Source: Spirochaetia bacterium (lineage in GTDB: Bacteria > Spirochaetota > Spirochaetia > SZUA-6 > Bin103). From it: DNA of 64,000 nucleotides. Where the stretch lies: NCBI GenBank assembly GCA_965198005.1, contig CBDAOI010000004.1, positions 1,792,001 to 1,856,000 of the forward strand, in the 5' to 3' direction. Positions 28,186-38,242 of the stretch are shown here, one piece after another; the stretch's first letter is position 1; every line of letters begins with the position of its first letter. Under the pieces are notes generated by a model. It saw nothing but the letters and a program-made list of their open reading frames with translations. It made no database searches and was not told the origin of the DNA. The position numbers and the translations under genes are program-made.

Positions 28186-29379
28186 TCAAGCGGCCTCCAG
28201 CAGCAGGGCGATGCCCATGCCGCCGCCGATGCACAGGGAAGCGATGCCGCGGCGGGCGTCGCGGCGGCGCATCTCGTGCAGCAGGGTGGCCGCGATGCGG
28301 GTGCCGCTGGCGGCGATCGGGTGGCCGAGGGCGATGGCGCCGCCGTTGACGTTGAGGCGCGCTTCGTCCCAGCCGTCGCCCAGTTCGCGGCCGACCGCCA
28401 GCACCTGCGCGGCGAACGCCTCATTGATCTCGATCAGGTCGACGTCGGACAGCGCCAGCGCCTCGGCGGCCAGCAGCTTGCGGATGGCGTAGGCGGGGCC
28501 GATGCCCATGATCCGCGGATCGACGCCGGCGCTGGCGTAGGCGCGGATGAAGCCGAGCGGCTGCAGCCCGAGCGCGGCGGCGCGGTCGGCGGCCATCACC
28601 ACCGCCGCGGCGGCGCCGTCGCTGATCCCCGAGGCGTTGCCGGCGGTCACGCTGCCGTCATCCTGGAACACCGGCCGCAGCCCCTGCAGGGCGTCGGCGC
28701 TGCTGTTCGCCCGCGGCGGCTCGTCCACCCGGAACTCGAGCGCCGGTCGCTTGCGCTGCGGCACGGACACGGGCGTGATCTCCTGGGCGAACGCGTCCGC
28801 GGCCAGCGCCGCTTGGTACCGGGTCTGGCTCTGCAGCGCGAACCGGTCCTGCTCGGCGCGCGCCACCCGGTACTGGTCGGCCAGGTTCTCGGCGGTGGTG
28901 CCCATGTGACAGTCGGCGAAGCAGTCCCACAAACCGTCGCTGAGCATGCTGTCGACCATCCGGCCGTGGCCCATGCGCGCCCCCCAGCGCCCTTGCTGGA
29001 GCAGGTACGGGGCGTTGCTCATGCTCTCCATGCCGCCGGCGACCACGCAGTCCGCGTCGCCGAGCGCGACCGCCTGCGCGGCCAGGACGATCGCCTTGAG
29101 CCCGGAGCCGCACACCTTGTTGACCGTCATCGCCGGCACGCCGTGCGGCAACCCCGCGCCCAGCGCCGCCACGCGCGCGGGATTGGGCCCGATCCCGGCC
29201 TGGTAGACGTTGCCCATGATCACTTCGTCCACGCTCTCCGGGGCGACGCCGGCCCGCTCCAGCGCCGCGCGGATCGCGATGCTCCCCAGCTCCGGCGCCG
29301 AGAAGCCCTGCAGCGACCCGCCGAACTTGCCGATCGCCGTGCGCTGGGCGCTCACCACTGCCACTCGCCTGCCGTTCAT
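28186..29379 (-). CDS. Acetyl-CoA C-acetyltransferase (thiolase)
   Basis: NKVCGSG, NEAFA, GHPIAASG, CIGGGMG. Confidence 0.95.
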   Translation of the reverse strand: MNGRRVAVVSAQRTAIGKFGGSLQGFSAPELGSIAIRAALERAGVAPESVDEVIMGNVYQAGIGPNPARVAALGAGLPHGVPAMTVNKVCGSGLKAIVLAAQAVALGDADCVVAGGMESMSNAPYLLQQGRWGARMGHGRMVDSMLSDGLWDCFADCHMGTTAENLADQYRVARAEQDRFALQSQTRYQAALAADAFAQEITPVSVPQRKRPALEFRVDEPPRANSSADALQGLRPVFQDDGSVTAGNASGISDGAAAAVVMAADRAAALGLQPLGFIRAYASAGVDPRIMGIGPAYAIRKLLAAEALALSDVDLIEINEAFAAQVLAVGRELGDGWDEARLNVNGGAIALGHPIAASGTRIAATLLHEMRRRDARRGIASLCIGGGMGIALLLEAA

Positions 29380-31511
29380 CGTTGCGCCTCCTCTCCCTCT
29401 CGTTCGTACCGGCTGCGCAGCACGCGCCGTACGGTCTTGTTGGACGCGGTGCGCGGCAACGCCTCCACCACCACCACGTCGTGCACCTTGAACAGCGGGT
29501 TGAGCCGCCCCCGGATCACGCTCTGAAAGCGCGCGCGCAGGTCGTCCCCGCCCAGCTCGGCGCCGGCGTACAGCGCGGCGTAGATCACCAGCAGGCTCGG
29601 CCCGCCCGCCGGCGGCCGGATCGCCACCGCCGCGGTTTCGGCCACCCCCGGCACGGTGTTGAGCAGCCGCTCGATCTCCACCGAGCTGACCTTGATGCCG
29701 CCCAGGTTCATGGTATCGTCGACCCGGCCGTGAATCCGGTAGCCGCCGTCCGGCAGCCGCTCGAGCTGGTCGCCGTGGCGGCGCAGCGGCACCGCGTCCG
29801 CCCCCGCCGCATCCCCCGTGCCCACGTCCGCCGGCGCCCCCGCGAAGTACACGGCGTGGTGGTCCTGGTTGAGCAGGGTAGTGGACAGCCCGATCGAGGG
29901 CGGCCGCAGGAACACCTCGCCGTTGTCCGCCGGCCGGCCGGCGTCGTCGAGAATCAGGAAGTCGATCCCCAGCGTCGGCGTGGTGAAGGTGCTGGGCGCG
30001 GCCGGCTGCACCATGGTGCCGGTCACGTAGCCGCCGCCGATCTCGGTGCCGCCGCAGTACTCGATGACCGGCCGGTAGCCGGCCAGCGCCATCAGGAACA
30101 GGTAGTCCTCCACGTTGGACGGCTCGCCGGTGGAGCTGAACGCGCGGATCGTGCTCCAGTCGAGCCCCGCCATGCAGCCGCTGCGCTTCCAGGCGCGCAC
30201 CAGGCTGGGAACCACGCCGAGCATCGTGACCTGCGCGTCCTGGATGAACTGCCCGAACTCGCGGCCGGTCGGCGCGCCGTCGAACAGGGCCATGGCGGCG
30301 TGGTTGACCAGTGTGGCGTAGATCAGCCACGGCCCCATCATCCACCCCAGGCTGGTGGGCCAAGCCGTGACGTCGCCGGGGCGGATGTCCTGATGCAGGT
30401 GGCCGTCGGCCGCGCACTTGATCGGCGTCGTGTGGGTCCAGGGGATCGCCTTGGGCGTGCCGGTGGTGCCGGAGGAGAACAGGATGTTGGTGGCCGCCGC
30501 GGGATCGCACGGGACCGCGCTGAAAGCGTCGTCGGCGCTCAGGAACTGCTCCCAGCGCAAGTCGCCCGGCCGCAGCTCGGGCGCGGCCTGCGCGCCGCCG
30601 GCCTCCCCGCCCGCGCCCGCCTGCCCGCCGGCCGCGGCCAGCACGATCGCGCGCGGCGCCCCGGCCGCCACCACTTTCTCGTACAGCGGCAGCGGCTTGC
30701 CGCCGCGTACCATGTGGTCCTGGGTGAAGAGCGCGCGTGCTCCGGTCATCTGCAGGCGCACCGCGATCTCCTCGGCCGCGAAGCTGTCGGCGATCGACAC
30801 CAGGGCGCACCCCGCCGCCACGGTGCCGAGATAGATCGCCACCGATTCCGCGGTCATCGGCAGGCAGGCCGCGACCGCGGCGCCCGGCTCCAGCCCGGCG
30901 GCGCGCAGCCCGTTGGCCACGCGGCCGGCGAGCGCGCGCAACTCGCCGTAGCTCATCGACCGCAGCGGCCCGCCCTCGGCCTGATGGACGATCGCCACCG
31001 CGTCCGGCGCGGCGCCGAAACAGCTCTCCGCGACGTTGAGCCGCGCCCCCGGAAACCAGCGCGGCGCGCGCAGGTCGGTCAGGTCCGCGACCGCCGCGGC
31101 GGGCTCCGCGAACCGGATCCCCAGCCGCTCCACCATCTGCTGCCAGAAGTCGGTGCGGTGCGCGGCCGACCAGTGGAACAGCTCGGCGAAGCTCAACATC
31201 CCCTGGTCGCGCATCAGGGCGTGCAGGTTGGTCGCGCGGCTCTGCTCCGCCGTCGGGAACCAGGCCGGCGCCGGTCCCCGCGCCGGGTCGCGCCCGGCGT
31301 ACACCCGCTCGTACAGCAGCTTGTGCAGCGCGAACGGGTCGTCCGCAGTGAGCAGGGATCGGGTCAGCTCGGCCCAGCACTCCTCCGCGGCCGGCTCCGG
31401 CCGGTCCGCGGCGCCCTCCAGCAGGCGGTTCACGTCCGCCAGCAACGCGCCGGCGCGCACCCCGTCCACCCCGGTGGACAGGAGCTGCTCGCGCGTGAGG
31501 TGCCCCGGCAT
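29376..31511 (-). CDS. AMP-forming acyl-CoA synthetase
   Basis: FSSGTTGTPK, YCGGTEIG, GRVDD, LPRTASNK. Confidence 0.93.
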   Translation of the reverse strand: MPGHLTREQLLSTGVDGVRAGALLADVNRLLEGAADRPEPAAEECWAELTRSLLTADDPFALHKLLYERVYAGRDPARGPAPAWFPTAEQSRATNLHALMRDQGMLSFAELFHWSAAHRTDFWQQMVERLGIRFAEPAAAVADLTDLRAPRWFPGARLNVAESCFGAAPDAVAIVHQAEGGPLRSMSYGELRALAGRVANGLRAAGLEPGAAVAACLPMTAESVAIYLGTVAAGCALVSIADSFAAEEIAVRLQMTGARALFTQDHMVRGGKPLPLYEKVVAAGAPRAIVLAAAGGQAGAGGEAGGAQAAPELRPGDLRWEQFLSADDAFSAVPCDPAAATNILFSSGTTGTPKAIPWTHTTPIKCAADGHLHQDIRPGDVTAWPTSLGWMMGPWLIYATLVNHAAMALFDGAPTGREFGQFIQDAQVTMLGVVPSLVRAWKRSGCMAGLDWSTIRAFSSTGEPSNVEDYLFLMALAGYRPVIEYCGGTEIGGGYVTGTMVQPAAPSTFTTPTLGIDFLILDDAGRPADNGEVFLRPPSIGLSTTLLNQDHHAVYFAGAPADVGTGDAAGADAVPLRRHGDQLERLPDGGYRIHGRVDDTMNLGGIKVSSVEIERLLNTVPGVAETAAVAIRPPAGGPSLLVIYAALYAGAELGGDDLRARFQSVIRGRLNPLFKVHDVVVVEALPRTASNKTVRRVLRSRYEREGEEAQR

Positions 31512-31535
31512 CGGTACCCTCGGCAGCCCGCGCCC

Positions 31536-32381
31536 CTACAGCAGCAGGCGCTGGTCGCTGAGATCCTTGCCGCCCACGCTCGTGCTGATGGTGCCGCCGC
31601 GGAATTCCTTGACCTCCAGGTCGTGGAACGCGTTGACGATCATGTACTGGGTCGGCATGTCCTCCCAGCGCGCCGGGTGAAACTCGACCGTCCCGTCACC
31701 CTTCCACAACCCGGTCAGGCGGCTGTTGCCGCCTTCCGACGGGGTGAGACAGGCGTAGGCGGCGTCCGCCTCGCCCCAGTGGCCGGTGCGGGGGATGTAC
31801 TTGTAGTGGAGCAGTCCGGTCAGCACGCCGTCGGTGCGCGGCGCCGCCGCCTGCGGATAGTCGGCGGGCGCCACCTCGCGCATGTTGGTCAGCTTCATGT
31901 CCAGGAAGCGGAACCCCTGCCAGTGCGCCATGACGTGGGTCTCGCCCCGGCACACGGCCGGGTCCGGCATCTCGCAGTAGATCTTCGAGAACCCGATCTG
32001 TTCCCGGCCGGTCAGGATCGGCTCGGTCATGTTCTCCCACAGGACGGTCAGGAACGGTCCCTGCGCGCGGTCGCGGGTGCCGGTGTAGGTCACCGGAAAG
32101 GTCACGCCCATCACGTTGTAGCCGCGCCCGGCCAGCCACTCGATCTGCTTCATGTGGGTCTGGGACACGGTCACCACCGGCTCCCCGTGCAGCGCGAATC
32201 CCTCCGGCAGCAGCTCCTCGAGTTGCTCGGCATTGGTCAGGAAGCTGACCGAGTAGCTGGAGTTCGTGGGGTTGTCGCTGCAGGCATACCCCTTGCCGTC
32301 GGGCCCGCGCCGCGGTCCCGTCATCGGTCCGAAGTGGGTGGGCATGAGATACATCACGCCCGGCTGAAACTTGTAAGCCAC
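31536..32381 (-). CDS. Acetoacetate decarboxylase family protein
   Basis: LEELLPEGF..GRGYN..PILTGREQIGFSKIY. Confidence 0.8.
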   Translation of the reverse strand: MAYKFQPGVMYLMPTHFGPMTGPRRGPDGKGYACSDNPTNSSYSVSFLTNAEQLEELLPEGFALHGEPVVTVSQTHMKQIEWLAGRGYNVMGVTFPVTYTGTRDRAQGPFLTVLWENMTEPILTGREQIGFSKIYCEMPDPAVCRGETHVMAHWQGFRFLDMKLTNMREVAPADYPQAAAPRTDGVLTGLLHYKYIPRTGHWGEADAAYACLTPSEGGNSRLTGLWKGDGTVEFHPARWEDMPTQYMIVNAFHDLEVKEFRGGTISTSVGGKDLSDQRLLL

Positions 32382-32477
32382 TAATAATCTCCTCTCTTGG
32401 CTTGATTTTTGTTGTCCCGGTAGCGGCGGGTCAGACGCGCCGTCGGACCCGCGCGGCGTCAGGCGTCATCGATCGTG

Positions 32478-33542
32478 TCATCGATCGTCATCAGGCGTGG
32501 CGTCCGCTTCCCCGCTCTGGTCCGCCTCGCCGCCGTCGTCATCATCGTCCTCGTCGTAGTCCTCGTCCTCGTCCTCGTCATATTCGCCGTCGTCGTCCTC
32601 GTCCAGCTCGTCGTCGTCCGCCTCGTCCTCCTGCGTGGTCAGCTCCAGGAAGATCTCCTCAAGGCTCATGGCGACGGTCTGCATCGCCAGCAGGGTCCAG
32701 CCGCGTTCGACGATGGCACTGGTGATGGCGGCCTGCGGTTCCTGGTCCGCCTCGAACTCGACGACGTGATGCGGGGCGCGATAGTTCACGGCGTGCACGC
32801 CGGGCAGCTCCTGCAAGCGGTCGGTGACCTGCTCGGGCGGTCCCTTCACCGTCAGGCGGAGCTGCTCGCCGCCCTTTATAATGGAAGAAAGGTTCTCGAT
32901 CCGGTCCTCCGCCACGATCCGACCCTCGTGGATGATGATCACCCGCTCGCAGATCATGCTCACCTCGGGCAGGATGTGGGTGGACAGCAGGATGGTGTGC
33001 TCCTGGCCGAGATCCTTGATGAGCTGCCGGGTCTGGGCCACCTGGATCGGGTCGATCCCGACCGTGGGCTCGTCGAGAATCAGCACGTCGGGCTCGTGGA
33101 TGATCGCCTGCGCCAAGCCGACGCGCTGGCGGAACCCCTTCGACAGCTTGGACAGGAGCACGTCGCGGTACTCCTCGATGGCGCAGATCTCGATCACTTC
33201 GTCAATGCGGCGGCGCGCCGTGGCCTTGTCCAGACCGCGCAGCCGTGCCGCGAACTCAAGGTAGCTGCGGGTGTTCATGTCAGTATAGAGCGGCACGACC
33301 TCCGGCAGGTAGCCGATGTGGCGCCGCCCCTCGACCGAATGGGTGGCCATGTTGTGCTCGCCCACCCAGACGTCGCCGCGGGTCGGCATGAGCACGCCGG
33401 TGATGATGCGCATGGTGGTCGACTTCCCCGCGCCGTTGGGGCCGAGAAAGCCGACGATCTCGCCCTGCTCGACGTTGAAGCCGATGTCGTCGACCGCCAA
33501 GCGTTCGCCGTAGTACTTGGTGAGGTTCTCAATCCGAATCAT
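32478..33542 (-). CDS. ABC-2 type transporter ATP-binding protein with acidic tail
   Basis: GPNGAGKS, LSKGFRQR, ILDEPT. Confidence 0.93.
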   Translation of the reverse strand: MIRIENLTKYYGERLAVDDIGFNVEQGEIVGFLGPNGAGKSTTMRIITGVLMPTRGDVWVGEHNMATHSVEGRRHIGYLPEVVPLYTDMNTRSYLEFAARLRGLDKATARRRIDEVIEICAIEEYRDVLLSKLSKGFRQRVGLAQAIIHEPDVLILDEPTVGIDPIQVAQTRQLIKDLGQEHTILLSTHILPEVSMICERVIIIHEGRIVAEDRIENLSSIIKGGEQLRLTVKGPPEQVTDRLQELPGVHAVNYRAPHHVVEFEADQEPQAAITSAIVERGWTLLAMQTVAMSLEEIFLELTTQEDEADDDELDEDDDGEYDEDEDEDYDEDDDDDGGEADQSGEADATPDDDR

Positions 33543-33749
33543 GGTTGGCTGTGGATCCCTCCGCGGTTGTCATGTGTAATGCCAGCCGACAGTATAGCGC
33601 GATACGGCCGCACTGTCCGCCGCAATGATCGCAATGATAACGCTAGCGGCGCCCGTGGTCGACATGAGTTTGCCTTTCCGTTATCCTGGGCCGCGACAAT
33701 CCCCCATGAATCCCCCATGGCTTGAGTTCCGAGGAGATCGCATCTCACA

Positions 33750-35405
33750 ATGACCGGTTTCGAATACATCGTCCGTATCCTCCAGGAAGAGGGGATCGAG
33801 TGGCTCGCCTGTTTCCCCAGCAACCCGATTATCGACCACGCCGCGCTGCGCGGGCTGCGGCCCGTGATGTTCCGCCACGAGCGCGGCGCCGTGATGGCGG
33901 CGGACGGCTACAGCCGCACCAGCAGCCGCCGGCGGTTCGGCGTGGTGGCCGTGCAGGCGCAGGCGGGCGCGGAGAACTCGGTGGGCGGGCTGGCCCAGGC
34001 GGCCGCCGACAACGTGCCGATCCTGTTCCTGGTGGCAGGCAACCCGCTCAACCGCGTCACGCGGCCGAACTTCTCGGCCGCCCGGGTCTATCCGGACGTG
34101 GCCAAGTCGGTGGAGACGGTGCTGCGCATCGACGAGCTGGCCAACGTGATGCGGCGGGCGTTCCACGCGCTGCGCAGCGGGCCGCCGGGACCGGTGGTGG
34201 TGGAGGTGTCGGAGGACGTGTGCGCGCAGGAGGTGCCGCCCGCGGCCTGCAACTACCGCTCGCCGCGGCCCGCCCGCCAGGCGCCCGCCGCGGCCGACGT
34301 GGCCGCCGCCGCCGCCTTGCTGCGCGATGCCAAGCGGCCGGCAATCTGGGCGGGCGCCGGGGTGCTGGCGGCCCAGGCCAGCGCCGACCTGGTGCGGCTG
34401 GCGGAGCTGCTGCCGGCGCCGGTGTTCTGCACCATGCCCGGCAAGTCGGCCATGCCCGAGACCCATCCGCTGGCGCTCGGCGCCGGCAGCAGGGCGACCA
34501 CGCTGCCCGCGCGCCGCTGGCTGACCGAGTGCGACGTGCTGCTCGCGGTCGGCGCCAGCCTCACGCGCACGTTCTACGCCCAGCCCGTGCCGCCCGCGGC
34601 GACGCTGATTCATAACAGCATCGACCCGGCGGACGTCAACAAGGACGAGGCGGCTGCGGTCGGGCTGGTGGGGGACGCCGGACTCACCCTGCAGGCGCTG
34701 ATCGCCGAGCTGCAGGACGGCGCCGCCGGAGCCGCCGCGAATGCCGACGCGGTGGAGCGGCTGGCGGCGGAGGTGGCCGCGACGCGCGCGCAGTGGATGG
34801 CCACCTGGGGCCCGATTCTCACCTCCGACGAGCAGCCGCTCAGCTACTACCGGGTGGTGCACGCCCTGAACGAGGTGCTGGATGCGGACGCGAGCATCGT
34901 CACCCACGACGCCGGCGCGCCGCGCGACTGTCTGGTACCCTTCTACCGCGCCACGGTCCCGTACAGCTACGTGGGGTGGGGGAAGACCACCCACCTGGGG
35001 TTCGGCCTGCCGCTCGTGATCGGGGCCAAGCTGGCCCACCCGGACAAGTTCTGCCTGAACGTGATGGGCGATGGCGCGTTCGGGATGTCCGGCCTGGACC
35101 TGGAGACGGCGGTGCGGGCGCAGATCCCGATCACCACCGTGCTGCTGCGCAACCGCGCCATGGCCACCTACGCCGCCCGCCTCGCCGATCCGCTGTGGCA
35201 GGCGGCGCTGGCCGCCGGCGTGGGCACCTTCGGCGGCGACTATGCCGGCGTGGCGGAGTCGCTCGGCGGCACCGGGATCAGGGTGCGCACCGCCCCCGAG
35301 CTGCACGCCGCGCTGGAGCAGGCCCAGCGCCTGAACGCCGCCGGCACCACCGTGCTGATCGACGTCGAGACCAACGTGGAGGCCCGCCGCTCCCCGGACG
35401 GCTAG
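33750..35405 (+). CDS. Thiamine pyrophosphate-dependent enzyme (acetolactate synthase-like)
   Basis: RHERGAVMAADG, GDGAFGM..N. Confidence 0.92.
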   Translation: MTGFEYIVRILQEEGIEWLACFPSNPIIDHAALRGLRPVMFRHERGAVMAADGYSRTSSRRRFGVVAVQAQAGAENSVGGLAQAAADNVPILFLVAGNPLNRVTRPNFSAARVYPDVAKSVETVLRIDELANVMRRAFHALRSGPPGPVVVEVSEDVCAQEVPPAACNYRSPRPARQAPAAADVAAAAALLRDAKRPAIWAGAGVLAAQASADLVRLAELLPAPVFCTMPGKSAMPETHPLALGAGSRATTLPARRWLTECDVLLAVGASLTRTFYAQPVPPAATLIHNSIDPADVNKDEAAAVGLVGDAGLTLQALIAELQDGAAGAAANADAVERLAAEVAATRAQWMATWGPILTSDEQPLSYYRVVHALNEVLDADASIVTHDAGAPRDCLVPFYRATVPYSYVGWGKTTHLGFGLPLVIGAKLAHPDKFCLNVMGDGAFGMSGLDLETAVRAQIPITTVLLRNRAMATYAARLADPLWQAALAAGVGTFGGDYAGVAESLGGTGIRVRTAPELHAALEQAQRLNAAGTTVLIDVETNVEARRSPDG

Positions 35406-35436
35406 CGCCGTAGTGCGGCATTGCGGTATGCTCGGC

Positions 35437-35465
35437 TTGACCGTCCGGCGTCACGGGGGTAAACT
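35437..35465 (+). promoter_or_regulatory. Sigma70-type promoter
   Basis: TTGACC-17 bp-TAAACT. Confidence 0.65.
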
Positions 35466-35471
35466 TCAGTC

Positions 35472-35749
35472 ATAGGTTTCGCGCGGATATCGAAATCCCG
35501 GTGCTTCGTGCACTGCGGAGTGGAGATTCCCTTGCGGAGTTCCTGACCTTGATGTGTTGCGTCAAGTCAAGGAGCGCGGTCAAGAGGCCAGAGCGAGGAC
35601 CTGGACGGGCCCGTCCTCTCCTCGTTAGCTAGCTTGGCTTAAAGGCGTGGAGACGAGAGATTGCGCAAAAATTTTTGTTAACGCGCATCCGTCGCTAACC
35701 TTGGCAACGAAGAATAGAGTAGCCGCGTCTTTTCTGGCGCGGCTATTTT
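35472..35749 (+). ncRNA. Putative structured non-coding RNA, family unidentified
   Basis: Promoter upstream, several hairpins, terminator downstream, no credible ORF. Confidence 0.45.
35720..35749 (+). terminator. Intrinsic terminator-like hairpin
   Basis: tagccgcg/cgcggcta stem followed by tttt. Confidence 0.6.
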
Positions 35750-36637
35750 CTATCTCACGTTGTCGTTCGGTGCAACGTTCACGTGCAACCGACCTGCGGG
35801 AATACTCTGAGGCTCGTGGCAGCCCGGGAAGGTCATGTGCCTCCGCGGTATTTCGCAGTCGTAGTGAAAGCGTGGATCAAAGGATACGCCGAACCGCAGT
35901 CGACCTCGTATCACGCATGACGAATCGTGGGTTCCATCACGCCAGAGCGGAGCCAAACCATGGCGGCTAATTTTTCCGGGACACTTGAATACGACGTTGC
36001 CATCTCCGACAAAGTACTTTCGTTCGCGCTTGCGAAGCAGGGAGGATACGTGCTTCAGGCTCTTTCTGAACTTGTCTTCTCCTTCTCGGTTTCGGACAGC
36101 CTGCCGTATTGGTTCACGGATATCAGAAAACGCATTTCCGAACGTCTTTGGCGGGAGCAAGAGGCATGTCCTGTTGTCCCGATTCGTTACTTCTTCGGCA
36201 ATCACATGTAGCAATCCCCGCGTTTGTCGGAGGGCTCGATTGATCTCCTTGATCCACATGTTCATTATTCGATTGCGTTGGTTGGACGTGACCATTCTCA
36301 TGCTGCCCATACTTTTGACGTGCAGCGGCAAGAGGAGGGCCTCAAGGCCGAATCCATGAAGCAACCTGCTGTCGCTCCCGTCAGATTCTTCGGCGTAGAG
36401 GACAATGAGGTTCGCATTGGTCAATAGGTTCTCGCGCTGCGCAGGCTGATGCTGCCTAAGTTCGCATGCAACGCGTTCATACAGCTTCGAGACGTAATCG
36501 TCGGTGTAACGTTCCGGATATGGAAGACCTCGCAAGGGAAGGAACACTTCCGGACGTGTCTTCCGGAGAGGAGCAGCGAGACGGTCCAGGATCGCAGGCT
36601 GAACGCCCGCTATCACAACGTAGACCTTCCGCTTCAC
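35750..36637 (-). CDS. Hypothetical protein with His/Cys-rich C-terminus
   Basis: 295 aa, lower GC; FHYDC..FPGCH..HVNVAPND; overlaps the upstream gene (ATGA-type). Confidence 0.7.
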   Translation of the reverse strand: MKRKVYVVIAGVQPAILDRLAAPLRKTRPEVFLPLRGLPYPERYTDDYVSKLYERVACELRQHQPAQRENLLTNANLIVLYAEESDGSDSRLLHGFGLEALLLPLHVKSMGSMRMVTSNQRNRIMNMWIKEINRALRQTRGLLHVIAEEVTNRDNRTCLLLPPKTFGNAFSDIREPIRQAVRNREGEDKFRKSLKHVSSLLRKRERKYFVGDGNVVFKCPGKISRHGLAPLWRDGTHDSSCVIRGRLRFGVSFDPRFHYDCEIPRRHMTFPGCHEPQSIPAGRLHVNVAPNDNVR

Positions 36638-37326
36638 GGAGACTGCCGCCGCAATTTGGAAACTACGTCTAGTGGCATAGTGACTCGTTCAAGTTCGCTG
36701 GTTTCGAGAGTATCCAATAATCGGTCGAGCAGATCACGGGGTTGTTCGGTTGACTTTCCCGAACTCAGATAGATTCTTGATTCAATTCCAGAGCGATCAA
36801 GCCAGTCCTGTGCCGCCTGCTGAACGTGGTTGGAGTCAGCCTCCGGACCCACTATGTATTCTCGCTGTATTTCTACGAATCCATCCGGTTTCTCAGCCGA
36901 AGCTGAATCTCGAAATCGCACGGGTTCATGGATGCTTATGAAACGGCTCTCGCATTTGTCTATCGGTTTGCGAAATGCGGCCCAGAAAGCGGGGTGGAAA
37001 CGCAGCACCGTGTTTGCCGTCTTGCTCTGCGTTTTCTCCAGCAGAATGTCGCCCCCCCCTTCTTCAAGCAAGTCCACGCCCATCGGTATAGCTCCGACCA
37101 ACTGGCTCTTTGATTGATGTTGCACGACTCGCACTTGATCGGAAAGGTGACGTTCCAAGTATTCCCGCAAGCTGCTCGAGTATTGTCTCGTAAGCTTGGA
37201 TATTTCTCCATCGTCTTGAAGCCCCAGACGGCTCAAGAGCAGGGGCACCCTGTTGGTTTCCCAGTACTCGGTAACCGACCGAATGATACGACGGTTGAGA
37301 TCGTCAGTACTCATGTTCGTCACCAT
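36634..37326 (-). CDS. Hypothetical protein
   Basis: 230 aa, lower GC; PLLLSRLG..RFHPAFWAAFRKP; TATAAT shortly upstream. Confidence 0.7.
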   Translation of the reverse strand: MVTNMSTDDLNRRIIRSVTEYWETNRVPLLLSRLGLQDDGEISKLTRQYSSSLREYLERHLSDQVRVVQHQSKSQLVGAIPMGVDLLEEGGGDILLEKTQSKTANTVLRFHPAFWAAFRKPIDKCESRFISIHEPVRFRDSASAEKPDGFVEIQREYIVGPEADSNHVQQAAQDWLDRSGIESRIYLSSGKSTEQPRDLLDRLLDTLETSELERVTMPLDVVSKLRRQSP

Positions 37327-37385
37327 ATCGGTAGATTATACCACGTCCTATCACAGTTTGGTAGCGAAGGTAGCGAAGGGCTAGC

Positions 37386-38171
37386 CTAGTGCATGGTGGA
37401 GCCGCCGGAGAGGTTGAGGGACTGGCCGGTCATGCCGCGGGCGTCGTCGGAGGCGAGGTAGACGGCCAGGCCGGCGATCTCGTCTGGTTCGAGCAGGCGG
37501 CCGATGGGGTTTGCGTCGGCCTCGCGCTGGGCGAGCGTCACGCCGCTCAGTTCCGCTTCGAACTGGAGCCGCCGCATCAGCATCACGGTGCGCGTGGCGC
37601 CCGGGCAGATGGCGTTGATCGTGACGCCGCGGCCGGCGGTTTCCAGCGCCGCGGTGCGCGTGAGCCCGATCAGGGCGTGCTTGGTCGCGGTGTAGGCGCC
37701 GGCTGCCACCAAGCCGCGCTTGCCGGCCACCGACGCCATGTTGATCACCCGGCCCCAGCCGCGTTCCGCCATCGCCGGCACCAGCGCCTTGGTCAGGAGG
37801 TAGGGCGCGGTGAGGTTGATCGCGATGCTCAAGTCCCAGAAGTCGTCGTCGTAGTCCACGATCCGGCGCGGGTTCGAGCTGCTGCCGAGCCCGGCGTTGT
37901 TGACCAGGATGTCCACCGCCGGGAAGTGGCGGGCCACGCGCTCCGGCAACCCGATCGTGGCCGCGCGGTCGCTCAGATCGACCGCCAGCGCCACCGCCGA
38001 GCGGCCCAGGGCGGTGACCTCGGCCGCGACTTGCTCGATCTCGGCGACGGTGCGCGCGGTCACCGCCACGTCCGCCCCTTCGCGCGCGAATGCCAGCGCG
38101 ATGGCGCGTCCGATGCCGCGTCCGGCGCCGGTCACCAGCGCCACCCGGTTCTGCAATTTCATACCACTCAT
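37386..38171 (-). CDS. SDR family oxidoreductase
   Basis: TGAGRGIG, NNAG, YTATK. Confidence 0.95.
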   Translation of the reverse strand: MSGMKLQNRVALVTGAGRGIGRAIALAFAREGADVAVTARTVAEIEQVAAEVTALGRSAVALAVDLSDRAATIGLPERVARHFPAVDILVNNAGLGSSSNPRRIVDYDDDFWDLSIAINLTAPYLLTKALVPAMAERGWGRVINMASVAGKRGLVAAGAYTATKHALIGLTRTAALETAGRGVTINAICPGATRTVMLMRRLQFEAELSGVTLAQREADANPIGRLLEPDEIAGLAVYLASDDARGMTGQSLNLSGGSTMH

Positions 38172-38242
38172 TGAGTCGTATTCTCGGCAATCCTACATCG
38201 GCGGTAAAGGGCGGACGGGAGCAAGGGAAGCGGGCGGGGCGG

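Noticed and set aside
29382-32384. 1000-aa + strand ORF, and other long shadow ORFs (e.g. 45522-48293, 47900-50416, 38193-40229)
   Set aside because: Antisense or alternate-frame shadows of clear genes in very GC-rich DNA.
35472-35749. tmRNA, RNase P or SRP RNA
   Set aside because: No tRNA-like ends, no GAGGAAAGUCC and no SRP core motif; the AKIFVN.. frame has no tag-like stop.
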